Shown piece by piece: positions 17,276-27,643 of a DNA stretch of 64,000 nt. The translations under genes were made by a program, and so were the position numbers. Under the pieces are notes generated by a model, which searched no databases, had not been told where the DNA came from, and saw only the letters and a program-made list of their open reading frames with translations. The stretch comes from an uncultured Pseudomonadota bacterium (GTDB lineage: Bacteria; Pseudomonadota; Gammaproteobacteria; Methylococcales; Methylomonadaceae). The stretch's first letter is position 1; the number at the start of each line of letters is the position of its first letter. The stretch lies in the NCBI GenBank assembly GCA_903848935.1, contig CAINHO010000015.1, forward strand, positions 4,426 through 68,425. Reading direction: 5' to 3'.

Positions 17276-19075
17276 GTGGATTTAAAACATATTAGAAATT
17301 TCTCCATCATTGCCCATATCGATCATGGCAAATCAACGCTCGCCGACCGTTTCATTCAACTGTGTGGTGGCTTATCTGACCGCGAAATGTCCGCGCAAGT
17401 GCTAGATTCAATGGACATTGAACGCGAACGCGGCATCACGATTAAAGCGCAAAGTGTCACGCTTGATTTCAAAGCGGCTGACGGCGAAACGTATCAATTA
17501 AACTTTATCGACACACCAGGACACGTTGATTTTTCGTATGAAGTTTCGCGTTCCTTAGCGGCGTGTGAAGGTGCATTATTGGTGGTCGATGCGGCGCAAG
17601 GCGTGGAAGCACAAAGCGTCGCGAATTGTTACACCGCCATCGAACAAGGGCTAGAAGTCGTTCCTGTTTTAAACAAAATCGATTTGCCGTCGGCTGAACC
17701 CGAACAAGTCAAAAACGAAATTGAAGAAGTTATCGGCATTCCGGCTGACGAAGCGTTGATGATTAGCGCGAAAACGGGCTTGGGTGTGAAAGACGTTTTA
17801 GAACAACTCGTGTTGAAAATCCCACCGCCTCAAGGCGATGCGGATGCACCGTTGCAAGCGTTGATTATTGATTCGTGGTTTGACAGTTATTTGGGCGTAG
17901 TTTCATTAGTTCGCATCATGAATGGCAGTATTAAGCGCAAACAAAAAATCACGATTATGTCCACGGGCAAATCATTTTTAGCGGAAAAAATCGGCGTATT
18001 TACACCGAAACGTGTCGAAAAAGAAATTTTAAATACGGGCGAAGTGGGCTTTTTAGTCGCAGGTATTAAAGATATTTTTGGTGCGCCTGTCGGTGATACC
18101 GTCACATGGGCGGACAACCCAGCAACGGAACAATTAACGGGTTTTCAACGGGTTCAACCGCGTGTTTTTGCGGGTTTATATCCCGTTAGTTCGGATGATT
18201 ATGAAGACTTGCGCGATGCCTTAAACAAATTGAATTTGAACGATGCTTCGTTGCAATTTGAACCCGAAACGTCGCAAGCGTTGGGTTTTGGATTTCGTTG
18301 TGGATTTTTGGGTATGTTGCACATGGAAATTGTGCAAGAACGCCTCGAACGTGAATATGACGTTGATTTAATTACGACAGCACCAACGGTAATTTACGAA
18401 GTCATTACGCAAACGGGTCAAACCATCATGGTGGATAATCCTGCAAAATTGCCTGAAAACGGCACAGTGGCTGAAATTCGTGAACCGATTATTCGTGCCA
18501 ACATTTTGGTACCAGAGGCTTATGTCGGTGCGGTGATTACGTTATGTATTGAAAAACGGGGCGTGCAAAAAGATATGCTCTACGTCGGTCGGCAAGTTTC
18601 ATTGCATTACGAAATGCCTTTGAATGAAGTGGTTTTAGATTTTTTTGACCGATTGAAATCAGTCAGTCGGGGTTTTGCATCGTTCGATTATGAATTTTTG
18701 CGTTTCCAAGTCGCGTCGTTAGTGAAATTGGACGTGTTGATTAACGCTGAAAAAGTCGATGCGTTGTCGAGCATTGTGCATCAGGATTTGAGCGTGAAAC
18801 GGGGTCGCGATTTAGTCGAAAAAATGAAAGAGTTAATCCCGCGCCAAATGTTCGAGATTGCGATTCAGGCGGCAATTGGCTCGAAAATTATTGCTCGTTC
18901 GACCGTGAAAGCGATGAGCAAAAACGTGTTGGCAAAATGTTATGGCGGTGATATTTCACGCAAGAAAAAACTGCTCGAAAAACAAAAAGCGGGTAAAAAA
19001 CGCATGAAACAAGTGGGAAATGTTGAAATTCCACAAGAAGCGTTTTTAGCCGTTTTGAAATTGAACAAAGACTAA
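17276..19075 (+). CDS. lepA: translation elongation factor 4 (LepA)
   Basis: 599 aa, GTG start. [33 protein letters not shown], and C-terminal LepA-specific domain ending ...[15 protein letters not shown]. Confidence 0.97.
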   Translation: MDLKHIRNFSIIAHIDHGKSTLADRFIQLCGGLSDREMSAQVLDSMDIERERGITIKAQSVTLDFKAADGETYQLNFIDTPGHVDFSYEVSRSLAACEGALLVVDAAQGVEAQSVANCYTAIEQGLEVVPVLNKIDLPSAEPEQVKNEIEEVIGIPADEALMISAKTGLGVKDVLEQLVLKIPPPQGDADAPLQALIIDSWFDSYLGVVSLVRIMNGSIKRKQKITIMSTGKSFLAEKIGVFTPKRVEKEILNTGEVGFLVAGIKDIFGAPVGDTVTWADNPATEQLTGFQRVQPRVFAGLYPVSSDDYEDLRDALNKLNLNDASLQFEPETSQALGFGFRCGFLGMLHMEIVQERLEREYDVDLITTAPTVIYEVITQTGQTIMVDNPAKLPENGTVAEIREPIIRANILVPEAYVGAVITLCIEKRGVQKDMLYVGRQVSLHYEMPLNEVVLDFFDRLKSVSRGFASFDYEFLRFQVASLVKLDVLINAEKVDALSSIVHQDLSVKRGRDLVEKMKELIPRQMFEIAIQAAIGSKIIARSTVKAMSKNVLAKCYGGDISRKKKLLEKQKAGKKRMKQVGNVEIPQEAFLAVLKLNKD

Positions 19076-19085
19076 GGCGGCGACG

Positions 19086-19862
19086 ATGGATTTTGATTTT
19101 TCGTTTTTTTTATTTGTAGCAACAGCCGTTACTGGCGTGATTTGGGGCGGTTATGCGTGGTATTTGAAACACCAAAATGTGCCTTATGATATTGAAAAAG
19201 AGCCGCTTTTAGTCGAATACGCGCATTCATTTTTCCCCGTCGTGTTAATTGTTTTTTTACTACGTTCTTTTATTGCTGAACCGTTTCGGATTCCTTCTGC
19301 GTCAATGATGCCGACATTGTTAGTCGGTGATTTTATTTTGGTGAATAAATTTACTTACGGCATTCGTATTCCGGTGATTAACAAAAAAGTCATTGAATTA
19401 ACCCAGCCCAGACGCGGTGATATTGTGGTGTTTCGCTATCCGAAAAATCCCGAAGTTGATTACATCAAACGTTTGATTGGTTTGCCGCATGACAAAATTT
19501 CGTATGCGAATAAACGTTTAACCGTGAATGGTCAGGCGATTCCAGAAACCGCGTTAGGCGAATTTCAAGGCGTTGGACAAGGCGAAGATATGACGGGAGC
19601 GGCGAACTTTTTGGAAAATTTGACCGGTGTAGAGCATCAGATTTTGAATCGTGACGGCGTGCAGTCGGTGGAATTTACTTACACCGTTCCAGAAGGTCAG
19701 TATTTTATGATGGGCGACAACCGTGACAACAGTAACGACAGCCGTTATTGGGGAACGGTTCCCGAAGAGAATTTAGTCGGCAAAGCATTTTTCATTTGGA
19801 TGAGTTGGGATTGGCAACATAAAGGCGTGGATTTTTCACGCATCGGAACGATTTTGAAATAA
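19086..19862 (+). CDS. lepB: signal peptidase I
   Basis: 258 aa. SASMMPTL (catalytic Ser), KRLIGLPHD (Lys box), GDNRDNSNDSRYWG. Confidence 0.95.
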   Translation: MDFDFSFFLFVATAVTGVIWGGYAWYLKHQNVPYDIEKEPLLVEYAHSFFPVVLIVFLLRSFIAEPFRIPSASMMPTLLVGDFILVNKFTYGIRIPVINKKVIELTQPRRGDIVVFRYPKNPEVDYIKRLIGLPHDKISYANKRLTVNGQAIPETALGEFQGVGQGEDMTGAANFLENLTGVEHQILNRDGVQSVEFTYTVPEGQYFMMGDNRDNSNDSRYWGTVPEENLVGKAFFIWMSWDWQHKGVDFSRIGTILK

Positions 19863-19899
19863 GCAGCGAGTGGCATTTATTTGAAACGAGGAAACGAAT

Positions 19900-20310
19900 A
19901 TGAGCGCAATCAATACTGTAAACAAAACGGCTATGACACAACTAGATGTAGAACGTCGTAGCGGTAAACACGTCGCCATGTTGACACTAAATTTAGGCGA
20001 TTTTGAATCGTTGAGCGACAATTTCAGCCACACTGAAGGTGAGCAATTATTACGAAAAATGGAACAATCTATTCGTGAACAACTACGAGATGTTGATTCT
20101 GTGGCACGGGTGGATGGCAATAATTTTATTGTGTTACTTGACAGTCTTCATACGTCGGATAATGCCGAAAATGTTGCCGATGCGCTGATTGAAAATTTGT
20201 CACAATCGTTAAGCTCAATACCAGAGCATAACGAACGACTTGGTGTGAGTGTTCACGTTGATTTTGTTCAAGAAGATGATAACCGTGACGGTGAAAAATT
20301 CGTCATCTAA
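19900..20310 (+). CDS. stand-alone degenerate GGDEF-domain protein (active-site motif DGNNF, RxxD I-site retained)
   Basis: 136 aa. VAMLTLNLGDFESLSDNFSHTEGEQLLRKM...LRDVDSVARVDGNNFIVLLDS is colinear with the GGDEF consensus ...LDLDhFK.iND.yGH..GD.vL...R..D.vaRlGGDEFavLl. GAGGA SD. Confidence 0.7.
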   Translation: MSAINTVNKTAMTQLDVERRSGKHVAMLTLNLGDFESLSDNFSHTEGEQLLRKMEQSIREQLRDVDSVARVDGNNFIVLLDSLHTSDNAENVADALIENLSQSLSSIPEHNERLGVSVHVDFVQEDDNRDGEKFVI

Positions 20311-20319
20311 ATTAACGGG

Positions 20320-22020
20320 TTAGCGACTATTGATGTTCATTTCCCGTTTTACAACTCTGAAAACGCTTCTGCCGCGATTCTCTTGCGCCTTCCACAATAC
20401 GTTGTTAATTTGAATCTCGGTGCCGGGATAAACCCCAAGTGTCGCGATAATTTTAGAATTATCGACAATGCTAATGTTCGCGACTAATTCATTGAGTTCG
20501 TCGCGCAACGCATCCGCCTCAATCATCAATTTACTCAAGGTGTGGTGTAGTTTTTCGAGTGTTTCTTCATTTCTTTTTTCGGGGTGAGCATCCATGAACG
20601 ACACAACGGCATGAATATCATTTTGACTTTTCGTGTTTGGTGTTAATGCCTCTCTTATGGCGGCTATTCGTTTTTGAATATAAGGATTTGTACCTACTTG
20701 AATGCGGGTCGCTATACCTGCACTTGAACCGATAATGGATGCTTTAACCAGCGTCATTGCCCAAGTAACACCGCCGATAATTGACGATTTTCGACCTATA
20801 TTTTTATTACCAACTACGATTTTATTCTGCGCCATTAGCTGCGTATTCATCGAATATTTATCAATAACGATGTCACCGCCCGCTTCAATGATAAAATTTT
20901 CTACAAATCCGACACTGACCGAGCCGCGCGTAATAATTTTTGCGGTGTGTTTGTCGTCTTTCGAATGTTCGGATTTACTGTAACCCTGAATGCCACCTCG
21001 AATCATCACGTCTCCATTAGCAATCAATTCACTATGACCCGTTACGCTCCCTTTAATTGTTAAACTTCCCATACACTCAAGCGTTGCACTGGCGATATTG
21101 CCTTCAATCACAATATCTTCAAGAGCAAAAACTTTCATTCCGTCTTTAACGTCGCCCGTCACAGTGACAGAACCATTAAAACGAATATTACCTGACGACA
21201 AATCTACCCGTTTCACCGTTAACACCGGCAGTACGATTATCCCATTGGGAACTAAAACAGGTTGCCCAGTCATGGTTGACATGAGTTGATTTTCATTTTC
21301 AGGATTTAAACAAATTCCTTTTTTATCGTTAGAAAATGGCGTATCCGCTCCGCCGCTTGGCAGAACAATTTCTCCAAAGATATTGCGTCCTTTTTTACCT
21401 GGAATAGGTGGAATTCGACTCATCAAAATATCGTCTTTATTGACAATAACGACACTGCCTAATTCGCGATAATCGACAACACCATCTTCATCAACAAGCG
21501 GTTTACGTTCTTGTTGTTGTAAATCCAACAGTAAACTCAAAAACTGTGCATCGACACCGGGAACGGTTTCCAGTCCTTGAGCAATCAAAAAATCAGAAGT
21601 TTCACCGCCAACTAAAACGGCTTCGATGTCTTCTGCCGGTACAATTCCCCAGACCACTCCCTTGTCTTGCAATAATTGCATGACATCGAAAAGTGCAACA
21701 TCCTTACCACCGAAATTGGGCGTTAATGTGAGACGCGCTTGCATATTGTCTTCGGAAATGTGAATTTCACAATTTGCATCATGTATCTCGCCAATTTGAA
21801 ATTGAAACGCCTCGTCCACTGCGTAATTGTAACGATAGATTAAATCGGAGACGGCAGAATCATTGATAAATAAATGCGAAAGTGCCGCCTTTTCTAAGAA
21901 TTCCTGAACAATATGCGCTGTCAGTTTGGTTTTATCACTATGCGCTTCAACAACGGAAAATAATTTACGATTATCTGAGCCTAATTTAAAACTTAGACCA
22001 TATTCAATTGCGGCGTTCAT
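20320..22020 (-). CDS. DUF342 / FapA-family protein
   Basis: 566 aa. PGKKGRNIFGEIV..., beta-helix-like repeats DLSSGNIRFNGSVTVTGDVKDGMKVFALEDIVIEGNIASATLECMGSLTIKGSV, and a C-terminal coiled coil. Pattern typical of DUF342. Confidence 0.65.
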   Translation of the reverse strand: MNAAIEYGLSFKLGSDNRKLFSVVEAHSDKTKLTAHIVQEFLEKAALSHLFINDSAVSDLIYRYNYAVDEAFQFQIGEIHDANCEIHISEDNMQARLTLTPNFGGKDVALFDVMQLLQDKGVVWGIVPAEDIEAVLVGGETSDFLIAQGLETVPGVDAQFLSLLLDLQQQERKPLVDEDGVVDYRELGSVVIVNKDDILMSRIPPIPGKKGRNIFGEIVLPSGGADTPFSNDKKGICLNPENENQLMSTMTGQPVLVPNGIIVLPVLTVKRVDLSSGNIRFNGSVTVTGDVKDGMKVFALEDIVIEGNIASATLECMGSLTIKGSVTGHSELIANGDVMIRGGIQGYSKSEHSKDDKHTAKIITRGSVSVGFVENFIIEAGGDIVIDKYSMNTQLMAQNKIVVGNKNIGRKSSIIGGVTWAMTLVKASIIGSSAGIATRIQVGTNPYIQKRIAAIREALTPNTKSQNDIHAVVSFMDAHPEKRNEETLEKLHHTLSKLMIEADALRDELNELVANISIVDNSKIIATLGVYPGTEIQINNVLWKAQENRGRSVFRVVKREMNINSR

Positions 22021-22195
22021 AAATGGGGCGTTCTGAGCAAAGCGAACCTCTTCTCTAAAAATGGTCGTATCACCTTCGATTTTTGCCGTTGCGATGGAAA
22101 GTACAATGAGAAATCTCTAAAGTTTTACATTAAAAATACGCGCCATTTTACTTATTTTTCAGAAAATTATCGGAACTACGTCACATAAACGACAT

Positions 22196-23074
22196 CTACT
22201 TTTGCCTTTGATTCAAAAATCGTTCCCGTGCTGTATTCGCATAACTGAATAATTCAAAAAGTTTCGCCTCATCGTTCGTTTCAATTAAGTTTTGAATTTT
22301 CGATAATTCTGTTTTGAATTGTTCCAACAATGGCAGAAGTTCCATTTTATTTGCACCACAAATCGCCGTCCACATGGTTGGGTCACTCGATGCGATGCGG
22401 GTAAAATCTCGAAATCCACCTGCGGCAAATTTAAAAATATCTTCTTGTTCATCACGATGCCCCAACATATCGACTAACGCAAATGCTAACAAATGTGGCA
22501 AATGACTGGTTGCAGCCAACACGCTGTCGTGTTGTTGCTCGTCCATTATTGAGACTATCGCCCCGATTTTTTCCCAAAACTGCTGCGTTTTTTGTAACGC
22601 CACCGCGTTGGTATTTTCAAGCGGCGTAATAATTAGCCGTTTATTAACAAACAAATCAACTAACGCCGCTTGAACACCGCTATTTTCTGCGCCAGCAATC
22701 GGATGTGCAGGAATAAAATTATCTGGAACAAAACCAAAAACCGTTTCGGCAGCGGCAACGACATTTCCTTTCGTGCTACCGACATCGAAATAAATGGTTT
22801 TCTCTGACCAAAATGGTTTGAGTATTTTGAAAACACTTTCTGTTGCGGCAACGGGCGTAGCGATAATCACACAATCCGCATCTTTCACCGCCGTTTCAAT
22901 ATCGGTGTAAAACTCATCAATCACGTTTAAATCTTTGGCGAGTTGCAAGTTTTCAACGTCATCCAACCGCCCAAAACCGACAAGCGTTTCCACTAAATTA
23001 TTAGCACGCGCCGCTTTTGCAATCGAACCGCCAATTAAACCTACGCCAATCACACATACTTGTTTAAACATCAA
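22196..23074 (-). CDS. tyrA: prephenate/arogenate dehydrogenase
   Basis: 292 aa. VIGVGLIGGS Rossmann loop, HPIAG motif. Downstream of hisC, as in the pheA-hisC-tyrA-aroA clusters of other gammaproteobacteria. Confidence 0.88.
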   Translation of the reverse strand: MMFKQVCVIGVGLIGGSIAKAARANNLVETLVGFGRLDDVENLQLAKDLNVIDEFYTDIETAVKDADCVIIATPVAATESVFKILKPFWSEKTIYFDVGSTKGNVVAAAETVFGFVPDNFIPAHPIAGAENSGVQAALVDLFVNKRLIITPLENTNAVALQKTQQFWEKIGAIVSIMDEQQHDSVLAATSHLPHLLAFALVDMLGHRDEQEDIFKFAAGGFRDFTRIASSDPTMWTAICGANKMELLPLLEQFKTELSKIQNLIETNDEAKLFELFSYANTARERFLNQRQK

Positions 23075-24167
23075 TCAAAACTTCCTTCAAAGCATTTAAG
23101 AATTTTGCATTTTCGGTGGGTGTGCCGATGCTAATGCGTAAAAAATTTGGCATTTCATACACATCGATAGGACGCACAATCACGCCTTTTCGTAATAATT
23201 TTTCGTAAATTGGCAAACCCGCTTGTTTTAAGTCCACCGAAACAAAATTACCCGCTGATGGAATCCAGGTTAAATCCAATTCTTTGAAACCTTCAGTGAG
23301 TTGCACCATTCCCAGCGTGTTATTTTCAATCGTAGCACGAACGTGTTCCACATCACTCAATGCAGCTTTGGCGGCAACTAACGCGAGTGAATTATTATTA
23401 AACGGTTGACGAACACGGTTCAATAAATCAGCGATTTCGACACTCGACAAACTATAACCTACACGCAATCCCGCTAAACCGTAGGCTTTTGAAAAAGTGC
23501 GCGTGATGATTAAATTCGGAAAATTTTGCAACCACGAAACCGAATCAACTGCTTCTGTTTGACTGACAAATTCAAAATAGGCTTCATCCAATACGCAAAT
23601 AACGTGTGCCGGCAATAAACCAATGAAATGCTCAAGAGCTTCTTGTTTAAGTAATGTACCCGTTGGATTATTCGGATTCGCAATAAATACCACACGAGTT
23701 TTAGCCGTTACGCGCTCCAACATTTCAACCAAATTGTGTCCGTAATTTAACGCTGGCGTAACAACAGCCTTTGCGCCAACCGCTTGTGTCACAATCGGAT
23801 AAACTGCAAAAGCGTGTTGTGAAAAAATAACTTCATTTTCAGGTGTTAAAAAAGCCCGTGCGACCAATTCTAAAATTTCGTTTGAACCGTTACCGAGCGT
23901 GATTTGCTCGGATGAAACAGCATATTTTTTTGCCAACGCATTTTTTAAATGAAAGCCACTGCCGTCAGGATACAACGCTAAATCTGCAACCGCATTTTGA
24001 ATTGCTGCGCGTGCTTTTTCGCCAATGCCTAACGGATTTTCGTTTGACGCAAGTTTGATAATGTTAGAAATACCCAATTCCCGTTCCAATTCTTCAATCG
24101 GTTTGCCGGCTTTGTAAGGAATCAGTTTTTGTACGCCTTCGACGGCGAGAGAATAAATGTTGTTCAT
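23064..24167 (-). CDS. hisC: histidinol-phosphate aminotransferase
   Basis: 367 aa. LASNENPLG, NPNNPTG, TFSKAYGLAGLRVGY (PLP lysine). Confidence 0.92.
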   Translation of the reverse strand: MNNIYSLAVEGVQKLIPYKAGKPIEELERELGISNIIKLASNENPLGIGEKARAAIQNAVADLALYPDGSGFHLKNALAKKYAVSSEQITLGNGSNEILELVARAFLTPENEVIFSQHAFAVYPIVTQAVGAKAVVTPALNYGHNLVEMLERVTAKTRVVFIANPNNPTGTLLKQEALEHFIGLLPAHVICVLDEAYFEFVSQTEAVDSVSWLQNFPNLIITRTFSKAYGLAGLRVGYSLSSVEIADLLNRVRQPFNNNSLALVAAKAALSDVEHVRATIENNTLGMVQLTEGFKELDLTWIPSAGNFVSVDLKQAGLPIYEKLLRKGVIVRPIDVYEMPNFLRISIGTPTENAKFLNALKEVLIDV

Positions 24168-24268
24168 AAGAATTTTAAAATGAATGGTTAAAAAAACAGC
24201 GAAAAGTTTGACACACTTTGCAATATCGCAACAATGCTATTTTCACTTTAAACCTTCGACTCACGCAA

Positions 24269-26023
24269 ATGACCACACTTTATTATCAAGGCGTAAAAAA
24301 AACTATCGTGCCGCGTCCCGTTTTAGAACAAAGTGATGATTTCGGTGACTTGCCTACGATATTGAAACGTATTTTTTTGGCTCGCGGTCTAACGTCGAGC
24401 GAACAATTAGAGCGTAGTTTATCCAAATTACCGTCACCATTTTTGTTGTCGAATATGGAAACGATGGTGACGCATTTAATCGTGGCATTAGAACAGCAAC
24501 AAAACATTTGTATCGTCGCGGATATTGATGCCGATGGCGCGACGAGTTGTGCTGTAGCCATGAAAGGTTTTCATTCATTAGGTGCAAAAAATGTCGATTT
24601 CGTTGTTCCGAATCGTTTTGAACATGCGTATGGACTTACGCCTGAAATTGTCGAACTCGCGACGCAGAAAAACGCACATGTGATTATCACCGTCGATAAT
24701 GGAATTAGCAGTCACGAAGGCGTTTTAGTTGCAAAAGAACGCGGTATGACGGTGTTAATTACGGATCATCATTTACCCGCTAAAACGCTGCCTGCTGCCG
24801 ACGCGATTGTGAATCCCAATTTAATTTTTGATGAATTCCCAAGTAAATCGATTGCGGGTGTGGGTGTCATTTTTTATGTGTTATCGGCGTTGAGAAGTCG
24901 ATTACGCGAACGACATTGGTTTGAATCGCAAAACATTCCTGAACCCAATATGGCGCAATTACTGGATTTTGTCGCACTTGGCACCGTCGCTGACGTGGTG
25001 GCGTTAGATAAAGTAAATCGTACGTTGGTGCATCAAGGTTTATTGCGAATTCGAAATGGTCAAGGTCACGCGGGTATTTTGGCGTTAATCGAAGTTGCAG
25101 GGAAAAATACTGCGACGTTGCACGCCAGTGATTTTGGTTTTAGCGTCGCGCCACGTTTGAATGCTGCTGGACGCATTCAAGATATGTCGCTTGGCATCAA
25201 TTGTTTGCTGGAAAACGATTTTGCTACCGCGTTAAAAATGGCAACGCATTTAGATTCACTCAATACCGAACGGCGCGAAATTGAACATACGATGAAACAA
25301 GAAGCCATGAATTTATTGGCGGATACCTTTGCGCTCGATAAACCGCATGAAAAATGGGGCGTGTGTTTATATGACGCAAATTGGCATCAAGGCGTGATTG
25401 GAATTTTAGCGGCACGAATTAAAGATCGGTTGCATCGACCAGTCATTGCTTTCGCGACGGCGGGTCACGATTTATTGAAAGGGTCGGGACGATCGATTGA
25501 AGGTGTTCATTTGCGTGATGTATTGAGTGATATTGCAACCGAACATCCAAATTTAATTTTGCAATTTGGTGGTCATGCGATGGCGGCGGGTTTGAGTATG
25601 CACGCACACCATTTACCGTCGTTTACGATTGCATTTAATGAAATGGTTGGGCGACGTTTGAGTCAAATTGATTTACAGCAAAAAATTCTGTCAGACGGTG
25701 AATTAACAGAGGAAGATTTGAATTTAGAGTTTGCAGATTTATTACAAAATGTGACAACGTGGGGACAGCATTTCCCTGAACCCATTTTTCACGGCGTTTT
25801 TGAAGTGGTGAATGTGCGGATTTTAAAAGATGCTCATTTAAAATTATTGGTACGAACGAATGCAGCGGGTAAAGAATTGGACGCGATTGCGTTTAATGTC
25901 GATAAACCCGAAATGTGGCAAGGAATGCGGCGTGTGAGTTTGGCGTATAAATTAGACATCAATCAATATCGCGGCAATCGGAATCTTCAATTGATGGTGC
26001 AGTATTTGGAGAAAGTGCTGTAA
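24269..26023 (+). CDS. recJ: single-stranded-DNA-specific exonuclease RecJ
   Basis: DHH motifs (IVADIDADGATS, ITVDNGI, ITDHH) and the DHHA1 GGHAMAAG. ATG 24269 is preferred over the track's 24218 TTG extension. Confidence 0.93.
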   Translation: MTTLYYQGVKKTIVPRPVLEQSDDFGDLPTILKRIFLARGLTSSEQLERSLSKLPSPFLLSNMETMVTHLIVALEQQQNICIVADIDADGATSCAVAMKGFHSLGAKNVDFVVPNRFEHAYGLTPEIVELATQKNAHVIITVDNGISSHEGVLVAKERGMTVLITDHHLPAKTLPAADAIVNPNLIFDEFPSKSIAGVGVIFYVLSALRSRLRERHWFESQNIPEPNMAQLLDFVALGTVADVVALDKVNRTLVHQGLLRIRNGQGHAGILALIEVAGKNTATLHASDFGFSVAPRLNAAGRIQDMSLGINCLLENDFATALKMATHLDSLNTERREIEHTMKQEAMNLLADTFALDKPHEKWGVCLYDANWHQGVIGILAARIKDRLHRPVIAFATAGHDLLKGSGRSIEGVHLRDVLSDIATEHPNLILQFGGHAMAAGLSMHAHHLPSFTIAFNEMVGRRLSQIDLQQKILSDGELTEEDLNLEFADLLQNVTTWGQHFPEPIFHGVFEVVNVRILKDAHLKLLVRTNAAGKELDAIAFNVDKPEMWQGMRRVSLAYKLDINQYRGNRNLQLMVQYLEKVL

Positions 26024-26042
26024 TTTTTAACAAAAAGATTGT

Positions 26043-26071
26043 GCGAGTTCACGACAAAATCGTGAACTCGC
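26043..26071. terminator. 12-bp perfect hairpin between convergent recJ and the PPIase gene
   Basis: GCGAGTTCACGA-CAAAA-TCGTGAACTCGC. Confidence 0.6.
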
Positions 26072-26079
26072 CCTCAAAA

Positions 26080-27057
26080 TTATTTTGCAGGTTCAGCAGG
26101 AACTGTAGCGGCAACAGGAGCTGCGGGTTCAGCCGCTGTTGGTTGAACGGATTCAATGGTTGCTGGTGCAGCCGCTGCAGGTGCTTCAACTTTCGGTTTT
26201 TCTTCCGTTAATGGAATTAAAACTTCAACTTTTGCCGCAGTTCGCAAACTTTTCAACATATTTTCAATTTTTTGACGTTGTAAGAACGGCATCAATTGTT
26301 CTTTCACTGCGTCTAATGCAGGCGGGGTTTGTGGACGTGATTCTTCACGCATAATTACATGAAAACCAAATTGAGTTTGGACGGGCGTTTTGGTGTATTT
26401 GCCATTTTCCAAAGCGGCAACCGCATCTGAAAAAGGTGCGACCATTTGTGCCGCTAAGAACCAACCCAAATCCCCGCCGTTTTGCGCTTCTTTACCGTCT
26501 AACGAGAATTTATCCGCCAATTTTTTGAAATCGCTGCCTTTGTCTAAATCAGCAATAATTTTTTTCGCTTCGGCTTCCGTTTTCACCAAAATATGACGCG
26601 CTTTGTATTCAGTGCCTTTTTCAGCCGCCACTTTCGTGTCGTATTCGGCTTTAATTTCGGCATCTGTCACTGGATTCGCGGCGATAAAGGCTTGTAAATC
26701 ACTTTGTGATAACAAGGCTTTGCGGGCATCGTTCAAACGTGTGACGAATTCAGGATTGGTATCCAAATGTTTTTGGGTTGCATCTTGAATCAATAATTCG
26801 CGCTGAATCAATTCTTCAACCAATTTTTCTTTTGGGAAAGTTTGACCGTGACTGCGCGTGGCAATTTCTTTTTCCAATTCTTCCAATGCCGCTTTAGAAA
26901 TATATTGACCATTTACAACCGCAACAGCATTTGCTTTATCAACGGTTGGCGCAGCAGCGGCTACAGGTGCAGATGTAGCGGTAGTATTTGCAGGTTTTTG
27001 ATCGCAACCGGTCATTGCTAAACCAGCAACCATTAAAGAGAGTAATTTAATTTTCAT
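26080..27057 (-). CDS. parvulin-type peptidyl-prolyl isomerase lipoprotein
   Basis: 325 aa. Lipobox LAMTGC, SurA-N-like region, PpiC rotamase (ARHILV...GGDLGWF...FGFHVI), and an Ala/Pro-rich C-terminal tail. Confidence 0.85.
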   Translation of the reverse strand: MKIKLLSLMVAGLAMTGCDQKPANTTATSAPVAAAAPTVDKANAVAVVNGQYISKAALEELEKEIATRSHGQTFPKEKLVEELIQRELLIQDATQKHLDTNPEFVTRLNDARKALLSQSDLQAFIAANPVTDAEIKAEYDTKVAAEKGTEYKARHILVKTEAEAKKIIADLDKGSDFKKLADKFSLDGKEAQNGGDLGWFLAAQMVAPFSDAVAALENGKYTKTPVQTQFGFHVIMREESRPQTPPALDAVKEQLMPFLQRQKIENMLKSLRTAAKVEVLIPLTEEKPKVEAPAAAAPATIESVQPTAAEPAAPVAATVPAEPAK

Positions 27058-27342
27058 TTATTTGTTTCCTTTGGATTCTTCAGTTGGAGTAAGCGCGTTA
27101 ATGCCTAAAGCGTGAATTTGCTCTTTCATCATATCACCCAACGCCGTATAAATCAGTTGATGACGTTGGACAAGGGTTTTCTTTTCAAACTCGGTACTTA
27201 CAATCGTGACGTTGTAATGACCACCGCCCTTTTGTGCGCCAGCGTGACCCGCGTGTGCCGCACTGTTATCGATGATTTCTAGCAACGACGGTTTCAACGT
27301 AGTGGTTAAATTATGTCGAATTAAATCTATGGTTTCTTTCAT
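27058..27342 (-). CDS. BolA-family protein
   Basis: 94 aa. [10 protein letters not shown]...[27 protein letters not shown]...[13 protein letters not shown]. Confidence 0.85.
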   Translation of the reverse strand: MKETIDLIRHNLTTTLKPSLLEIIDNSAAHAGHAGAQKGGGHYNVTIVSTEFEKKTLVQRHQLIYTALGDMMKEQIHALGINALTPTEESKGNK

Positions 27343-27641
27343 GATGGAAAAACTTGTTTAAAAGGTTTAACAACGACGTGAGCATAAATGCCCGCGTCCA
27401 TATAAGGGTCAACATTTGCCCAATTCTGCGCGTCTTCAAGTGAGGCGAATTCTGCCACAATCAAACTTCCAGTAAAACCCACTTCCGCAGGATTTTCAGA
27501 ATCAATCGCGGGATGTGGCCCTGCGAGAATTAAACGTCCCGCATCTTGCAAGGCTTGCAAACGGGCTAAATGCGCGGGACGTGCCAATTGCCGTTTCGGC
27601 AAACTATTCGCGACATCTTCGCTCATAATCGCATAAAGCAT
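27339..27641 (-). CDS. yciI: YciI-family protein
   Basis: 100 aa. [11 protein letters not shown]...GRLILAGP...DPYMDAGIY. Located between yciB and bolA. Confidence 0.8.
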   Translation of the reverse strand: MLYAIMSEDVANSLPKRQLARPAHLARLQALQDAGRLILAGPHPAIDSENPAEVGFTGSLIVAEFASLEDAQNWANVDPYMDAGIYAHVVVKPFKQVFPS

Positions 27642-27643
27642 TT

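Noticed and set aside
22167-22174. A TCCGATAA (minus-strand reading) resembling the sigma-28 -10 element GCCGATAA lies about 150 nt upstream of the DUF342/FapA-like gene.
   Set aside because: No TAAA -35 element is present at the required spacing of about 15 nt. A single 7/8 match is expected by chance.
24218-24268. 5' extensions of track ORFs: recJ 24218, DUF1244 28271, methyltransferase 28530, lpxD 29830, DUF2970 14706, hicB 3351, BON 34286, murC 48175, ftsL 57615.
   Set aside because: The extensions overlap upstream genes or terminators and start at non-ATG codons or lack an SD. Internal ATGs with an SD or stop-start coupling fit the conserved N-termini better.
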